From assembly GCF_037042905.1 (NCBI RefSeq), contig NC_087250.1:8310001-8374000 (forward strand): a DNA stretch of 64,000 bases, written 5' to 3'. Of the stretch, positions 25,592 through 39,443 are shown in pieces (the first letter of the stretch is position 1; each line of letters begins with the position of its first letter). The DNA comes from Lytechinus pictus. Taxonomy: Eukaryota. The notes under the pieces were generated by a model. That model ran no database searches, was not told the DNA's origin, and saw nothing but the letters and a program-made list of their open reading frames with translations. The position numbers and the translations under genes are program-made.

Positions 25592-26272
25592 TAGTGTTGG
25601 GTGAGGAACATCGTACCGCTCGGTCATTGGTCAATTCCGAGCTGAATGTCTTCGCACATTCGCCTTTGCTCTGCCCATAGAAGTACGTGTATTGCTACAC
25701 ACAACCGTTATATCACACGTGTCAATAGGGGAAATCTTGATTCAGATCGCAGCAATATCCGAAATCAACTCTTGAAAATAATGATGCAAAAATACAATTT
25801 TACTCAAAAAATGTCTATGTAAACCACTATTTTTTATATGATAAAATGAATTGTGAATTCCTGGCCAGTATAACAACATAAAAAACAGAGAATATGGTGT
25901 TGATTTTCTGGCTGTAAAATTGGTTTAAAAAAATAAAGTTATCTGGGCACGCATACGTGCCAATGGCATTAGAGGGCTAAGGGCACGCATAGCTGCCAAC
26001 GGCATTTAAAGAGTTAAGCACTAATTTCTCTTCCGGTTGATAAAATATGGATCCGTCTTTAATTTCCAAAATTGTTCGTCTAATTAGCTAAAGGACGCAT
26101 GTTTTATCTACATATTAAAGACACTACATAGAAAAGACTAATATACATGTAAATCGATGCAAAGCATTACGCGATGTCGGCAAAGTGTCCAATCTTCTTA
26201 TTGTAAAGACTTTAGCGACAATAACAGACTGTGAGTAAGGTTAAAATGCTCCTCTACTTTTAATGTTTTCAT

Positions 26273-27318
26273 TAGTGCTGTTGTCGGGAACAAAAATCTA
26301 TGTCGACATGTCGCTTAAAAATTAATCCCGAAATCGACAATGTCGACATGAAAAAGGGACCGTAATTTAGCCTGCATGGGCTCCCTAACATAAAAAAAGC
26401 ATTCGATCGTGGAACAACACTCTCAATCAAATATATTCACCTTGACACGAGTGATATCCCCACACTAGATCTATAATACAGGCTCAGTTCGGGAAAACAT
26501 ATTTTTTACCAAGCTGGAGTGAATTCACTTCCAAAATCACCGATTTAATCCACATTTTTTTCTGGAGAATCAAGTTTTTGTACCACGATCCGGTCTCGAA
26601 AGCATTGCGCAATAACACTCGTAGCCAATTTGAGAATCACCAATTACAACAGTGATCATTGCGTAGTATACGCTGGTACCATGTGCTGCAAACGCAAGCT
26701 CCTCAATTTGACAATGAGAAATAATGAAAATCGACCGATAATTTCAGTATCACTTCCGAGGCGATCCGTGCAACGATCTCCAAACGAATGAAGGGAAGTT
26801 TTCTGTGACTTCGTGATATGAAGTAAGCGCTCAATTGCTGCGGTCACAACTTTGACAAAAACACGTGTTCGCTGCTGTTCACGTTTATGTGAAAAGTAAT
26901 GCATTGAGGAGCAACGTATTATCAAGCACGGTGAATAGCGCGCGATGGGTACATATTTCCGTGGATGGGTACGGTGAATGCTACTCTCGCTACGCTCGCT
27001 ATAGCGGGATATCGAGGGCGGCTCGATCGGGCAGGCCGGCCCTGCACTGACGTATTTCTACTGCCGCACAGCTTGCAGGTATTCTTTTTTCATTTAATGC
27101 GCTGCTAAGCTGAATAAACCTTTTAATCGCGCCAATTACTGTGGATAAATGCTTCTAACTTTTCAGCTAATCTTTACACTCGTGACTGTAGGCTAGACCC
27201 CTTTTTATTTTATGTTTACATGTCGATGTGGGTGCGTGCATGTCGACATGTCGGAATTTTGAAAATCCTTTGTATGTCGACATCAATGTCGATATGAGGC
27301 CTATCGACAACAGCACTA
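26273..27318 (-). mobile_element. hAT-type MITE, copy 2 (inverted relative to 2173-3201)
   Basis: Same TIR as copy 1; own 8-bp TSD GTTTTCAT (26265-26272, 27319-27326). Confidence 0.92.
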
Positions 27319-28044
27319 GTTTTCATTGATTTTATGTTGAATATTATTAAAGAATATGACTCTTTGCACCTGAATTGTAACACTGAAATATGGAAATGAA
27401 GAAGTTTTATCATCATGTATTTTTATTAATCTGCAAATAAAATTTTACTATGTCACTCAAATTCATTTCATTTCATTAAAGATTCAAAGAGGGATCTCTG
27501 GATGATCGAGCAACAAGTCCAGCATTATGTGGGAAAGATACTACAGGTGTACACAGAAAAGGCCATGATCATGTACAAGACACGGTTGGAGTTCATAAAA
27601 GGTGATTATGTAGGCATTCACTTCACTAGATATTATAATTGCAAAATTAAGCAGATTGTATTCATGCAGTGGCATACAGTGTAATCCTTGTTAGAAGATG
27701 TAGATTTATTCTTCATTTTTTTATTAAAGAGTTTCAATATGTGCTTATGACAATTTGTTTGCATTATAAATTGTTTGTCACTCTTCGGCTTAGTTTGCTT
27801 TATAAGCAAGAATATGCTAAGAGAGATAGCCGCAAGGACCTCATGATCCGATAGGTATGTACTTGTGAAAAGAGATCTAGATGGTGGCAAAACACCTTAT
27901 TTCTTGTATTTTTATGTTGTTCATGTTATCGTAATGGTACGTGTGTTTTTTTTTCTACAGATTAAGCTGCCTCGTGCTATACAGACGTGGATAAAAACAA
28001 GCTGTCCAATGAATGGTGACTACTCAAGAGGAGCCAGAAAGTCA

Positions 28045-28502
28045 ACTAAGGCCAGGGTATTTTGGGAGTTGATATGGCCGGGGAAGGGGGGGAGGGGTTT
28101 CCAGGGCCCCCCCCCCCCTCCCTTGAGATCTCGACCGCACAATCGCGTCTTACATGGGCACATGGGTTGTCTAGGGCATAATTTACAAAATTAGATTGTA
28201 AATTATTTCACGCAAATTGTTATTAAGTGATAATACTAATTTATGCGTAATTAGAATACAAAATCATACTTTTTCCTCTATTGCATTGACTTTGTACACA
28301 AAATCACGTTTTTGAGCAATTTTTGGTATGACATGTACTTACATAATGTCACGTTATTACAGAACCACGTACCGGGTGACACAAGATTGGTCTCAAAAGA
28401 TGCACAAGACTAGAAAGAGGCATGTTTTAAAAAAATTGTGCGACAGCATGGTCGCAAAATTTTTGGAAGGGGGGGGTCAAATTGGTCCAATTTAACTGAG
28501 GG
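28045..28502. mobile_element. piggyBac-like MITE, degraded copy
   Basis: Ends in GGG+TTAA and shares blocks with 36767-37539, 57422-58045 and 59164-59604. Confidence 0.55.
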
Positions 28503-28767
28503 TTAATAACTGGGAGGCTGTTAGCTGCCTTTTTACTTTCAAGTCTTGCACATCTTTTGAGACCAAATTTGTGATGCCTGGGTACGCTGTTCCGAAATTT
28601 TGCAACATTTTTATGTATTAATCCAACACAAATACTGTTTCTTGCTAAAAATTCACAATTAGTATATCAGTAATATACATTTATCAAGATTAAAGTCAAA
28701 TTATTTAATTACATTTATAATCATAAAAACTTTGATAAAGTATAAAAAAAAACCAAAGAGTTGTATG

Positions 28768-29730
28768 TAGGCCTGGGACTTTCGGGTTTTTTCTCTTCGG
28801 GTACCCGTGGTAATTTTCGGGCGGGTACCCGAAAATCATGTCACTTGAAATATGACTGGTGGAAAAACCCCATAGGTGACGTCATCAAGCCAATGCGATG
28901 CAAGCCAATTTATGAATGAAAATATAGTAAGCATGCGCATTGCAAGCCTCCCGTGCCCCACGCAGTATTCAATCGAAACAATTAAGTTTCAATACTCTGT
29001 CACCTCGTACCAAAATCGACCTAGAATTCCACTTTCCTATATTTCATATGAATTATAAAAGGTTTTCTCACCGATACTGCACAGGTAAGCAAATTTTTAT
29101 TACTTCTTGCTTTTCCGTCAAAATCTTACGAAGTAGCGTCGATATTACATCGTGTTCGTGAGTTTGTATCGCTACGTGAACAAAGTCAATTGATTTCAGG
29201 GTTTCGGAGCGTCAAATGCGCCAGCCAATCACGATCGTGTTCCCATTTTCGGTTTATGATGAACTAAAAATGGTAACAAGAACGTGATTGGCTGGCGCTT
29301 CGTAGGTTGATTTTGGTATGAGGTGACGGAGTATTGCAGACTTGTTTTGACGGAATACTGAGTGGGGCTGAGGCTTGCAATGCGCATGCTTACTATATTT
29401 TCATTCATAAATTGGTTTGCGTCGCAGTTGCTGGATGACGTCACTGCGCTGCAAAAGAAACATGGCGATGATTGAACGATCTCGGTCACATCATCATCAC
29501 TTGAAAACTTGTATATTTATGGATATTTAGAGGGTAATTGGTGAAATTCAAAATGAGGCTTGTGTACTTTTGTGATGAGTTACAATCATGTCTTACACTA
29601 CGCAATACAAATCAAATACATGTACATTATACTGGTGAGCAATTTTCGGGTATCGGGTATTGATTTTTCTACCCGGGTACCCAAGGCTTCCGGGCGGGAC
29701 CCGGGTACTCGGGTTTTAGTCCCAGCCCTA
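28768..29730. mobile_element. hAT (Ac-like) MITE with an internal inverted repeat at 28876-29444
   Basis: TIR TAGG(C/G)CTGGGACT; 8-bp TSD GTTGTATG; CGGGTA subterminal repeats. Confidence 0.88.
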
Positions 29731-30186
29731 GTTGTATGAAAATTTTCAAAAATAATGAAAGGTAAAAGAAAACAAGATTACAATGTCCATTGCAAGGGGG
29801 CTAGTCTATTCAGGATAATTGGGATTTTATTTAGTTTTTAATTGACATAACATTATGACAAGATCCCTCCATTTAGTGTATAAACAGCACATGGCCATGA
29901 TTGAAATTCATATAACATTAAAGTAAGCAAACCAGGCAGCTACATGTACATGTAGGACTCACTGCTTGTCAATTCTATTGTCTGCCAGGGTCAAGTGACA
30001 TACAGTGCACATGTATAACGTGTGTGAAAGTACATAAGAAAATCAGCTTTTTATTTTTGTACTGTAACATTGGGTGAACTGGTGATCACTTTGGATATGA
30101 TGCTCTTCATATTGGTTTATTTTATGTATATGAATTTTTGGATAATCATTAAGAATTAAAGCTATTTACTTAATATATGGAAGCAT

Positions 30187-30622
30187 AAGCCCATCAAAAA
30201 ACAGAATTATGTCATGTACAGCTAATTCATTTTGCGTGATATTACAATTGTAATTGTTTACTTGAGCAAGTAATTTGAATTGCTGCATGACCTAAACAAT
30301 AACATGTTCCAATTCGAATAGTAACATGACCTAAAGAAGAGTTACTCCACGTCGATTGAGAGTGCTTATGTTAAATAATTGATGTTGCTACTTCAAATAA
30401 TTGAGGTCAATCAAATTGGTCAATTTTGAGCTATATGTCATAATTAATTAGGTCATATACTAATTGAAATTACTAAATGGCTCGAGTAGGTATGAATTCA
30501 CGTTGCCACATGACCTTAATTATTTTATGTAGCAACATCATGTATTGAACGTCATTTAGTTATCAATTATGACATGTAGCAAATCAAATTACATGCCGCA
30601 ATTTCGTGTTTATGATGGGCTC
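30187..30622. mobile_element. Palindromic MITE (Harbinger/ISL2EU-like)
   Basis: AGCCCATCA...TGATGGGCT termini with long imperfect inverted arms, flanked by AT. Confidence 0.55.
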
Positions 30623-31124
30623 ATGCTTACATTCATATATAACCCTTCAATACGTAGTTGGAGCAATTCTTAGACAAGAAGACTGTGTAAAACAATGATA
30701 TGCCTATTCAATGTCAAAAAGGTTAATGTCTCAATAGATTTGATCTACGTTTTGGCAAAGTAATCTTATGTTCATATTTTTTCTAACCTATGGTGAACAT
30801 TCTAAATCATGTGAAATTCATTCAAAAATATCTTTCAGTATTTATGGACTTAAGTGAATTCTAAGCAAAATGAAGTGATTATGATTACGTTCATGTACTT
30901 TAAGTTTATACTGGTGATCAACACATCATAATTTCATCCCTTACTGTATGTGCACCATGCACATGCATTATCTGTACATGCAGAAGTGGTTATCCATTGT
31001 TTCATAACATGGTTGAGTAAAGGATGTTCTGCTTTTAGTATTAAGCCAATCGGGTGTTGACAAGAAGGGGAAAATGCAATTGCTCAGCTATTACAGGTTT
31101 TTTTGCAACCATAATACTGGTTAA

Positions 31125-31295
31125 GCCTTGGTTACATTCGCCGGCTCGTGGCCTTACGTCGAGTCAAAATTAGCAGTTTTAATCATCCTTGTACCAGCTA
31201 CTACCAGCTACACGTGGGTGGTTTGTACAGGAATACCTAAAACTGCTGATTTTGTCTCGCCGTAAGGCAACCGGTCAAGGAATGTGACCAAGGTA
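31125..31295. mobile_element. Small palindromic MITE
   Basis: CCTTGGTTACATTC...GAATGTGACCAAGG arms flanked by TTAA/TAA. Confidence 0.55.
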
Positions 31296-33049
31296 TTAAT
31301 AATAATCGCTTAATGTTGTGTTAGAGGGAAGGATTCTGGGTCGAATCTAGCTTTCTTTATGTGATCTCAAAATGGCAGCAATGTATGAATAGTGAAAGTA
31401 GTTCATGTGGCATCTCAATGTTGGTGGATATAAATCTTTGTACATGTATTATCCTAAAGATGAAATGTTACTGCATTATTCTAGCAGTCATTTATGATAT
31501 CAAAGATGTTCTATACTGTGCATAGTACAACTCATACATAATAAAGGTATGTGAATATGCTTTTAACGTCTTTGCAAATTTGTGGGTTTTTTCACCCCTC
31601 TTTTCATTAGTCAAGATGTGAAAGTTGTTGTGCTGGATCACAGGAAATTCTTACAAACTACTACGCCTAACAAACCAGTGCAGGACGGTGTCGTGAGAAA
31701 ATCGCACAGACTACTACAGGACAATACCATAGGATTGTCACAGGAAATCAACAAGAATATCCCTTCAGGATTACCACAGTAAAGTATCACAAGAAGGCTG
31801 CAGGATGAGACCGATAATGCCACAGAAGATATCAAAGAACAGTATCACAGGAATACCACAGGACAGTACTGCAGGAATTGTCCTGCGGTAAGGTCTCTTG
31901 GTATTCCTGCAGTACTGTCCTGTCCCTGATAGCAGAAACTGGTAAAAATGACGTCATAATTACGTCAGTTTAACGACGAGTGTCACGTCATTTTGACGTC
32001 GTATCATGACGTCTTATTGACGGGATCTTGCACCCGCGAATAACGTCATTATGACGTCGTATATTGACGTCATTATGACGTCTCCAAGAGTGACTACGAC
32101 GTCTTAATGACGTCTTAGCAACGTTTTTACAACGTTTTCCTGACCAGTATCAAGGGTCAGAATGACGTCGTGTATTGACGTGATTATGACGTCTTCGAGA
32201 GTCAACAACGACGTCTTAATGACATCCGTGTAACGTGTTCCTGACCGGTTTTAGACGTCATATTGATGTAATTATGACGTCTTTAAAAGTCATCTACGAC
32301 GTCTTAATGACAACTTTGCGACGTATTCCTGACCAGTTTTAGACGTCATATTGATGTAATTATGACGTGTTTATAAGTCAACTACGACGTCTGAATGACG
32401 ACTTTGCAACATATTGCTGACTAGTAATAGACGTCATATTGACGTCGCATATTGAAATGAATATGACGTCTTTTGGAGTCAACTATGATATCTTAACGTA
32501 TTCTGACGTGATAATGACCTAAACATTAAATTCTACATGCAATGTACATACACACATCACTTCAAAGACCTTGTCATTGAGGATTATCTATATTTGGTGA
32601 ATACTGAGGTGGTCTGACAATGTCCAGCATTCCCAGTAACAATATAATGATCCTCCATGCCAGGGCCTTGCATAACTTGTCTCGGTCTCAAGAACATGAC
32701 CCCCCCCAAAAAAAAAAAAGAATATATACAAAAATGGAAAACGAAATCAAATACATGTACGCATTTCAATTACGAAATCGTGGCAAATATTCTATTAATA
32801 AATAAAAGTTGCATAACATATTACCAGCAAAAAAAAAAGGAATACAAAATGTTGAAAACTCTAAATAGATTGAAAAAAAAAAACACTTTTCTATGAAAAT
32901 GCAGTATTAGGGTCAAAGGAATGAAATTACAATGTTTGTTATACCAATACATACAATTGTACATGTATAAATACACATTAATACATAACAGAGGCATAAT
33001 GATCTCCAAGAATAAAGCTTTTTCGTTGAAATTGTAATTAAATATACCT

Positions 33050-34350
33050 TCAACTTTAGACAACTATGTAATGTAGGTAAAAATATACTGTATGTAAAAA
33101 AAAATACCCGAGTTGGAATAGTTTCAGGATTTATGGAAGCTCGCATTTGGGTGAAAGAATCATACATGTACATTAATTCTTATGAAATGTTTGGGTTGTA
33201 TTACACTATCACTTAGGGCCAGGGGTAAAAGACAGTAGTTGCAGCAAACAATTATTTCTTCGGAAAGTCTCTTAAATTAAGGTTAATTGTCAAAATATTG
33301 TACATAATCTAGATCTGGGCCCTGTCTTACAAAGAGTTACGATTGATCCGATCAATCATAACTCTATGGAAATCCATCAGTGTCATAATTTTTTCTACGA
33401 AAAATTCGCACAATGTCCTTTGTATGCAAAGAGAAGCGCAGCGAATTTTTGAGAAAACAATGAATGCATGAACATACATCATAGCTAGAAAATATTTTGA
33501 ACAAACATGCTTAATAGATGTTAACGTTGCTGACCGTCCATAGTTGCGATTGATCGGATCAATCATAACTCTTTGTAAGACGGGGCCCTGGTAAATTAAT
33601 GTAAACTTGTATCTTTGTAAAATCATGAATTTTGATCTTAAAATCAATAATTCTGATGATCACTAACACAGAAAAGCATATGTGGGACAGGACAGTGTAT
33701 TATGATTGATTTGAAAAATATCCGACATTTGATAGAATTACATGCTTATTTTGCTCATTTTTCAGCAATTACACATTTTCTTCCCGAGCTTTTTGGCACA
33801 CATCTTTTATATATACATACACTTTGCTGGTAATTCTGTTGGATTCTGTTCGAACTCATTTGAAGATAGTTACTACTAGAGGTGCGCTATTAACTTAAGG
33901 CAACTATGCAATGTAGGACAAAATATACTGTATGTAAAAAAAAAAAATACCTGAGTTGCAAAGTTTTCAGGATTTATGGAAGCTTGCATTTGGGTGAAAG
34001 AATCATGCATCAATAAGTCTGATGAAAATAGTTTGTGGAACTGTTGTATTACACTATCACTTAGAAGGAAAAGACAGTAGTTGCAGCAAACAATTATTTC
34101 TTGAGAAAATCTATAAAATCAAAGTTCATTGTCAATATATTGTACATAATCTACATCTGGTACATTAATGTAAACTTGTATCTTTGTAAAATCATGAATT
34201 TTTTAACTTAAAATCGATAATTCTGATGATCGCTGTAAACACAGAAAAGCATATGTGGGACAGTGTATTATAATCGATTCGAAAAATATCTGACATTTGA
34301 TAGAATTACATGCTTATTTTGCTCATTTCTCAGCAATTACACATTTTCTT
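33050..34350. repeat. Two adjacent diverged copies of one repeat
   Basis: 33050-33890 matches 33890-34350 once the 270-bp MITE is removed. A partial third copy lies near 37920-38160. Confidence 0.75.
33318..33587. mobile_element. Harbinger/PIF-type MITE
   Basis: GGCCCTGTCTTACAAAGAG termini; CTG TSD; empty site in the paralogous copy near 34157. Confidence 0.88.
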
Positions 34351-34694
34351 CCCTACATGTAGCTACGTAGGCTTTTTATGTGAGCTGAGAGATTTCATAC
34401 CAGATTTCCTTTGCTTGATAAAGTTCTTTAATATGATAGTCTGTGTATCAGCATAGCATGTGTTCAGTGTTTTGAACCCACTGGAAATTGTGCATCATAT
34501 CTTTATGTATGGAAGTCATTTTGCGTCTACGGTCTCCATGGTTTTGTCAGGATCTATGTGTTGACTAGACCAGTCCCATATTGATATTTTCGTGCTGTGT
34601 CACTTTGGAAGGCCGTCTCTAATTGGTTGACTGGTGAGTTGGCAGATGCACAGCCCATCCCACTTTTCAATTATATCATTACGTAATCTCTAAC

Positions 34695-35311
34695 ATGTCT
34701 AAGATATCCACCAGATCAAGAGGCCGTTTGCACTCGGCTAACGCATGTACACAATCCTCTGCTTCATCATTAACTGGATCTAAACAAAGCCCAGCATACC
34801 TAGATCATATTGATACAGTCGTTCAAAGAGCGGTGGCCGTGGCAATGGAACGCGAGAGACAAAAACTCAATGATGACATGGATAAGCGCGAAAATAAATT
34901 GCGTGAAATTCTTGATGAAAAGCTCACTAGTCTACACGTTCTTGAAATATCTATCGATACTAAATTGAAGCAACTCCGTGATTTTGAAAAATCGGTTTCT
35001 GATAACATGACTAACACCATAATGCTTTGTCAAATAGGCTTGACCACATCGAGCAGTACTCCTGTCGCAATAATATCCGTATCCGTATGAGATTGTTTGA
35101 AATGTAGCAAAGCAGATTGGTATCGATCTTACTCCATGTGACATTGATCGATCCCATCACCTTTGCCGACCAACTAGCAGTCATGATGTTCAACCCAAAG
35201 GATCATACCCCGGCGTGGCCCTGTAATGCCAACTTAGCAGCTCCACCAATCAATGTGAAATTCACTTCATACAGGCCGAAACAAACGATGATGAAAAATA
35301 GAGGAAAATGA
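34695..35311 (+). pseudogene. Degraded LINE ORF1 (CR1/L2-like)
   Basis: Coiled-coil segment followed by frameshifted QYS.RNNIRI, DIDRSH and PINVKFTSYR motifs typical of these ORF1 proteins. Confidence 0.65.
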
Positions 35312-36477
35312 AAATGCTCAGGAACAGATGACTGGGTGCAGGCAGGCAAGGCAGTTCAGGTGGGATGAAAATTTATTGGCAGGACACCTTCCGTTTCAAA
35401 TTACAGCATCTGCAAAAATAACAGAAGAGGAGAAACATAAAAACTTTTTCTACATAAACTATTTATTAATCTTCATTAAAAATTAGATGGTTTCAATATT
35501 AATTTCCAATTTATTTTAAATGATTAAAAAACGATGTGGGGTTTGTTACATATTTTATACTTCAAATATTAACATGTTAAGTCAAGTCGGGGGGGGGGCA
35601 TGATGCCTTCAAGACCTTTAACCATCTCTGTATAAGGAAGGGAATTTTAGAATCAATTTATTTGACACATAAAACATATTATTTTTTTATAATTACAATT
35701 TTAATTCATGCCTTTTTTATGTGTTTTAAATGGTTATGGGGTAACCAGGACTGTCAGGACCGAGAATTCGAACTTCGAGGCTGAAATACAGCCATTCCCT
35801 ATGCCTGATTTGGCTTAAATTCAGGTCAAGGATCAATTAAATATATATTTTGAGAAAAAAAATCTGACAAATTTAGAGGTGGAATTAGTTTTCTGGCATC
35901 GCGAGATCGACCAATGCAAAATTTTATTAGTGCCAATTTACCATCTAAACTTGTCATTGAAATTAGAACGTCCAAACCGATCTAGTACCAGTACTAGCAC
36001 AATGAATCAATCAGCTATGCATGTGCACCAATTCTGTATTTCTTGCATACGTACGTCACTCGAGTTATGGTTCATGTCATTGCGTTATATAGCGTGGGAA
36101 TTGTAAGAAAGTGATCCTTCAAAATTTTTACCTTCCAACAATTAACATTTTTTAAGCCTTTGTATGCATTTAGAGTACAAAAGCTTACAAATTGGACAAA
36201 TTAAATGTTTGCCCCAAAATTATTGTGGGAAGGGTGGATTTTCTAGTGAAATCCATCCTAGTGTACAAAGTTCTACAGGCAACAGAGATTTGTCTAGGCT
36301 CCGTGAATGAAAATACAATGAAAAAATATCACAGAGTCCTCGAAGTACAGTCAGGACCATTAACAGATTATAAGGTGCCCCGAGTTTGTGCACACCCAAA
36401 TCTGCGTGATTCTGATAATAGAGGTTCCCAATGATCCCCCCCCCAAAAAAAGGCTTTACATCTGAAATAGCCTTCTA

Positions 36478-36670
36478 ACTTACCTACTGCCCGATGCCTC
36501 CTATCATGTAGGGCAGCAACGAAGGATCTCCACTCCTGGCATCCAGCGATTCTGGGCCTTCTTCTGGAAACTCCCCCAGGCCAGGTCATATTCACTGACT
36601 TCATCTCCTCCTCAACTCCTCATGTGTGACACCGAGACAGGTGGTTTTGTGTCTCCCTCTCTTTCTCCTG
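36478..36670 (-). mobile_element. 3' end of an RTE-type LINE
   Basis: Minus strand encodes RRKRGRHKTT, VEEEMK..NMTW and QEWRSFVAALH, resembling the RTE ORF C-terminus. Confidence 0.7.
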
Positions 36671-36766
36671 AAATGTCAAACAGATCTATTCATTAAAAAT
36701 CTTACTCAAAATGGTGCTTTTGGTAGAAAAATAATGAATATAGGGCATTTCATGTGACGCCCTTAA

Positions 36767-37539
36767 CCCTTATTAAACTGGGGGGGGGGGTCAATTTGAC
36801 CCCCCCTCAACAAATTTCATCACTACGCTGTCGTGCAAAAAAATTTGATCGCGCCGCTCACTGACTTTTTACTTTCAAGTCTCGCGCAAATTTTGAGACC
36901 AAATTTGTGACGCCCGGGTACGCGGTTACGACATTACGCAACATTATGTAAGTGCATGTCAGACCCAAAATTGCTCATAAACATGATTTCATGTACAAAT
37001 CCAATGCAAATTGTGTATTTAGCCAAAATTCATAAATTTATCATTATTTCTACTTTTACTGATTAAACTTAATTAATTTTGCCTTGTTTATGATTAGAAT
37101 TAAGTCTAGAACGATTTCCATCGAAAATACAATAAAAAACAAAATGTAAAAAAACAAAGAAATACATGATTAAAAAAATAATAAAATACATAAGAAATCG
37201 GTCTTGGTACCAGATTTTTTTTCATTCACAATTGTTAGGAATGCTATAAAGAATATTTTCACCCAAAAAATAGCATTCTAGGAGCTTTATTTAGTGAATC
37301 AGAGCAAAAAGTATGATTTCATGAATAAATTAGCATAATTAATTCATATAGAATAAAAAAATATGAATTCAGTGAAATTTACCAATGCAACTACGTAGAT
37401 TACGTCATTCTCTACCATCATGCAAATTTTCGTTGTGATCGTGCAATCCACGGCCGAGATCTTATAAGGGGGGGGGGGGCAATAATACCCCCCCCCCCCC
37501 GGGAATGACAAGAATCTAAATACCCTGGTAGATTTAGGA
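36767..37539. mobile_element. piggyBac-like MITE
   Basis: TTAA on both sides, CCCT start, and related copies elsewhere in the window. Confidence 0.7.
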
Positions 37540-37599
37540 TTAAAAAAATTGTCAGTACGGTATATCATCGAGGATCTACATAGTAGGATGGGGGATCGG

Positions 37600-37824
37600 G
37601 TGTCCGGACACTTTATATTTTTGAAGCCTTCTTTTTTGTCTTTGGATTACACTAAAAATATGATTTATGAATTCAATAGTTATATTTTATAATCATCTTC
37701 GATTTTGTTCTCTCTAATATTTCCTAACATTTTGAACTAAAAATTGATTGATGAAACTTCGCTTGTAAATTTTTCCAAATTACTTTCTAAAATTGATCGT
37801 CCGGACACACAACAACTGGGTATA
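37600..37824. repeat. GTGTCCGGACAC repeat, copy 2
   Basis: Matches 545-748. Confidence 0.6.
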
Positions 37825-39443
37825 CCGGTACATGTAGATCTGGTACAGTTACATAAACTGAACTTTGTGAAATCTTGAAATCTACGCTGAAAAATGTTCA
37901 AACTGAAGATCACCAACACAGATAAGAGCACGTGGGACAGTTATTATTGCTCTGATTAATGTCGGCCCGACGCTTGCCTTGGCTCGAGTTGACCCGAATC
38001 CTGTGCTTTTTTTGCTTATTTCGCAGCAATTACACAATTTCTTCCAGAATCCTTTGGCACATACGGTATATTATTTATAAATATAGACAGACACTTTGGT
38101 GGTCATTTCATTGGATTCTGTACGAACTCATTTTGATATCGTTACCACAACTGGCATTAAAGTGTGCACTGTCTGTGTCTGTGCAGACTTGGGCCCTGAG
38201 CCCACCAGCGCAGCCTGTCCTATTCAGCATGCCGGCGCTCGGGGCAGCCACCCCGGCCGGGTAGTGTCAGTGCACGAAATCTAAAGCCAAACAAAGGCAA
38301 GCCGCGCTCCGAAAATAAAATCTTAGAAGATGGTTATCTAACTTACTGTTTGGTCTCCTGCGAATGCCTTCGAAGTCGTTATCCAAATCTGAACCGTGTT
38401 CTTAAAGTAGTAGAACTATTATTAACGGCCATCTTCGTCGCACTTAATTCTCGATCCAAAATTAGGCTGCAACATTTACGGCGAAAAACGGGCGCAATCC
38501 TTTTTCAAATTAAATGGTTGCGACTGCGCCAGTTGCATGCAGTGCAGCGCGCATGCGCAGGCTCGACGCCCGGCGGCGAATTATGATTTTTTTATAGGGG
38601 GTGAGCCCGGGGGGCGTGCATGGGGGGGGGGGGGGTGAGCTAACTAGATAGGAGGTTTGCATGACACCGGGGCATGACACCACTTGCGAAAAAAAAGTTT
38701 TAAAATAGATACAAACTTCTTTGACATATAAAGCTTCCTCTTGTTTGGTTTGGTTGGCAACCAGTTAAGAAATGATTATTTTTGCCACTGCTTTTGAAAC
38801 TTTTTTTCTTTGAAGAATTATATACTTTACCTAAAATAAAAAAAATTCTGTACTATTTTTTTTTAGTTTTACTTTTCCTTTTATAAGTAGAAATAGCCTT
38901 GCTAACATGGCAAGGTTGAAAAAATGGCAAAATAGTATGTGGCTTTGAAATTAAACTTGTAAATTTCCTCGTCGTTGATTGGTAAAATTTGATGTCATAA
39001 TCACGTCGTAATGTGGTCATATGAAAACGCAAATTTCTTTGTCGTTGTTTGGTAAATAAATGATGTCATAATCACGTCATAATGTGGTCATATAAAAATG
39101 CAAATTCATTTGTTGCAGATTGGTCGATAAATGACGTCGTAATCACGTAATAATCTGGTCATATAAGAAAGCAAATTTACTTGTCGTAAATTGGTCAGTA
39201 AATGACGTCGTAATCACGTCATAATCTGGTCATATAAGCGAGCAAATTTACTTGTCGTAAATTGGTCAGTAAATGACGTCAAAATCACGTCATAATCTGG
39301 TCAAATAAAAATGCAAATGAAAGTTGCCATTCTAAGTCGTCAAAATGACGTCGTAAGAACGTCATAAATACGACGACATGACGAGTATTACCACTTTACG
39401 ATCAGTTAATGACGTCATTACGACCGTGTCTGCTATCAGGGGT

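Larger units (their letters stand above)
31924..39441. mobile_element. CMC/EnSpm-like element, 7.5 kb, with GACGTC subterminal arrays and nested content
   Basis: TIRs CCCTGATAGCAGA / TCTGCTATCAGGG; 2-bp TSD GT. Removing it restores the repeat unit GTACTGTCCTGTAGTACTGTTCTG, also seen near 39703. Confidence 0.85.

Noticed and set aside
31640..31660. TCTTACAAAC as the missing left TIR of the element ending at 40292
   Set aside because: Match too short, no CCC start and no GA duplication.
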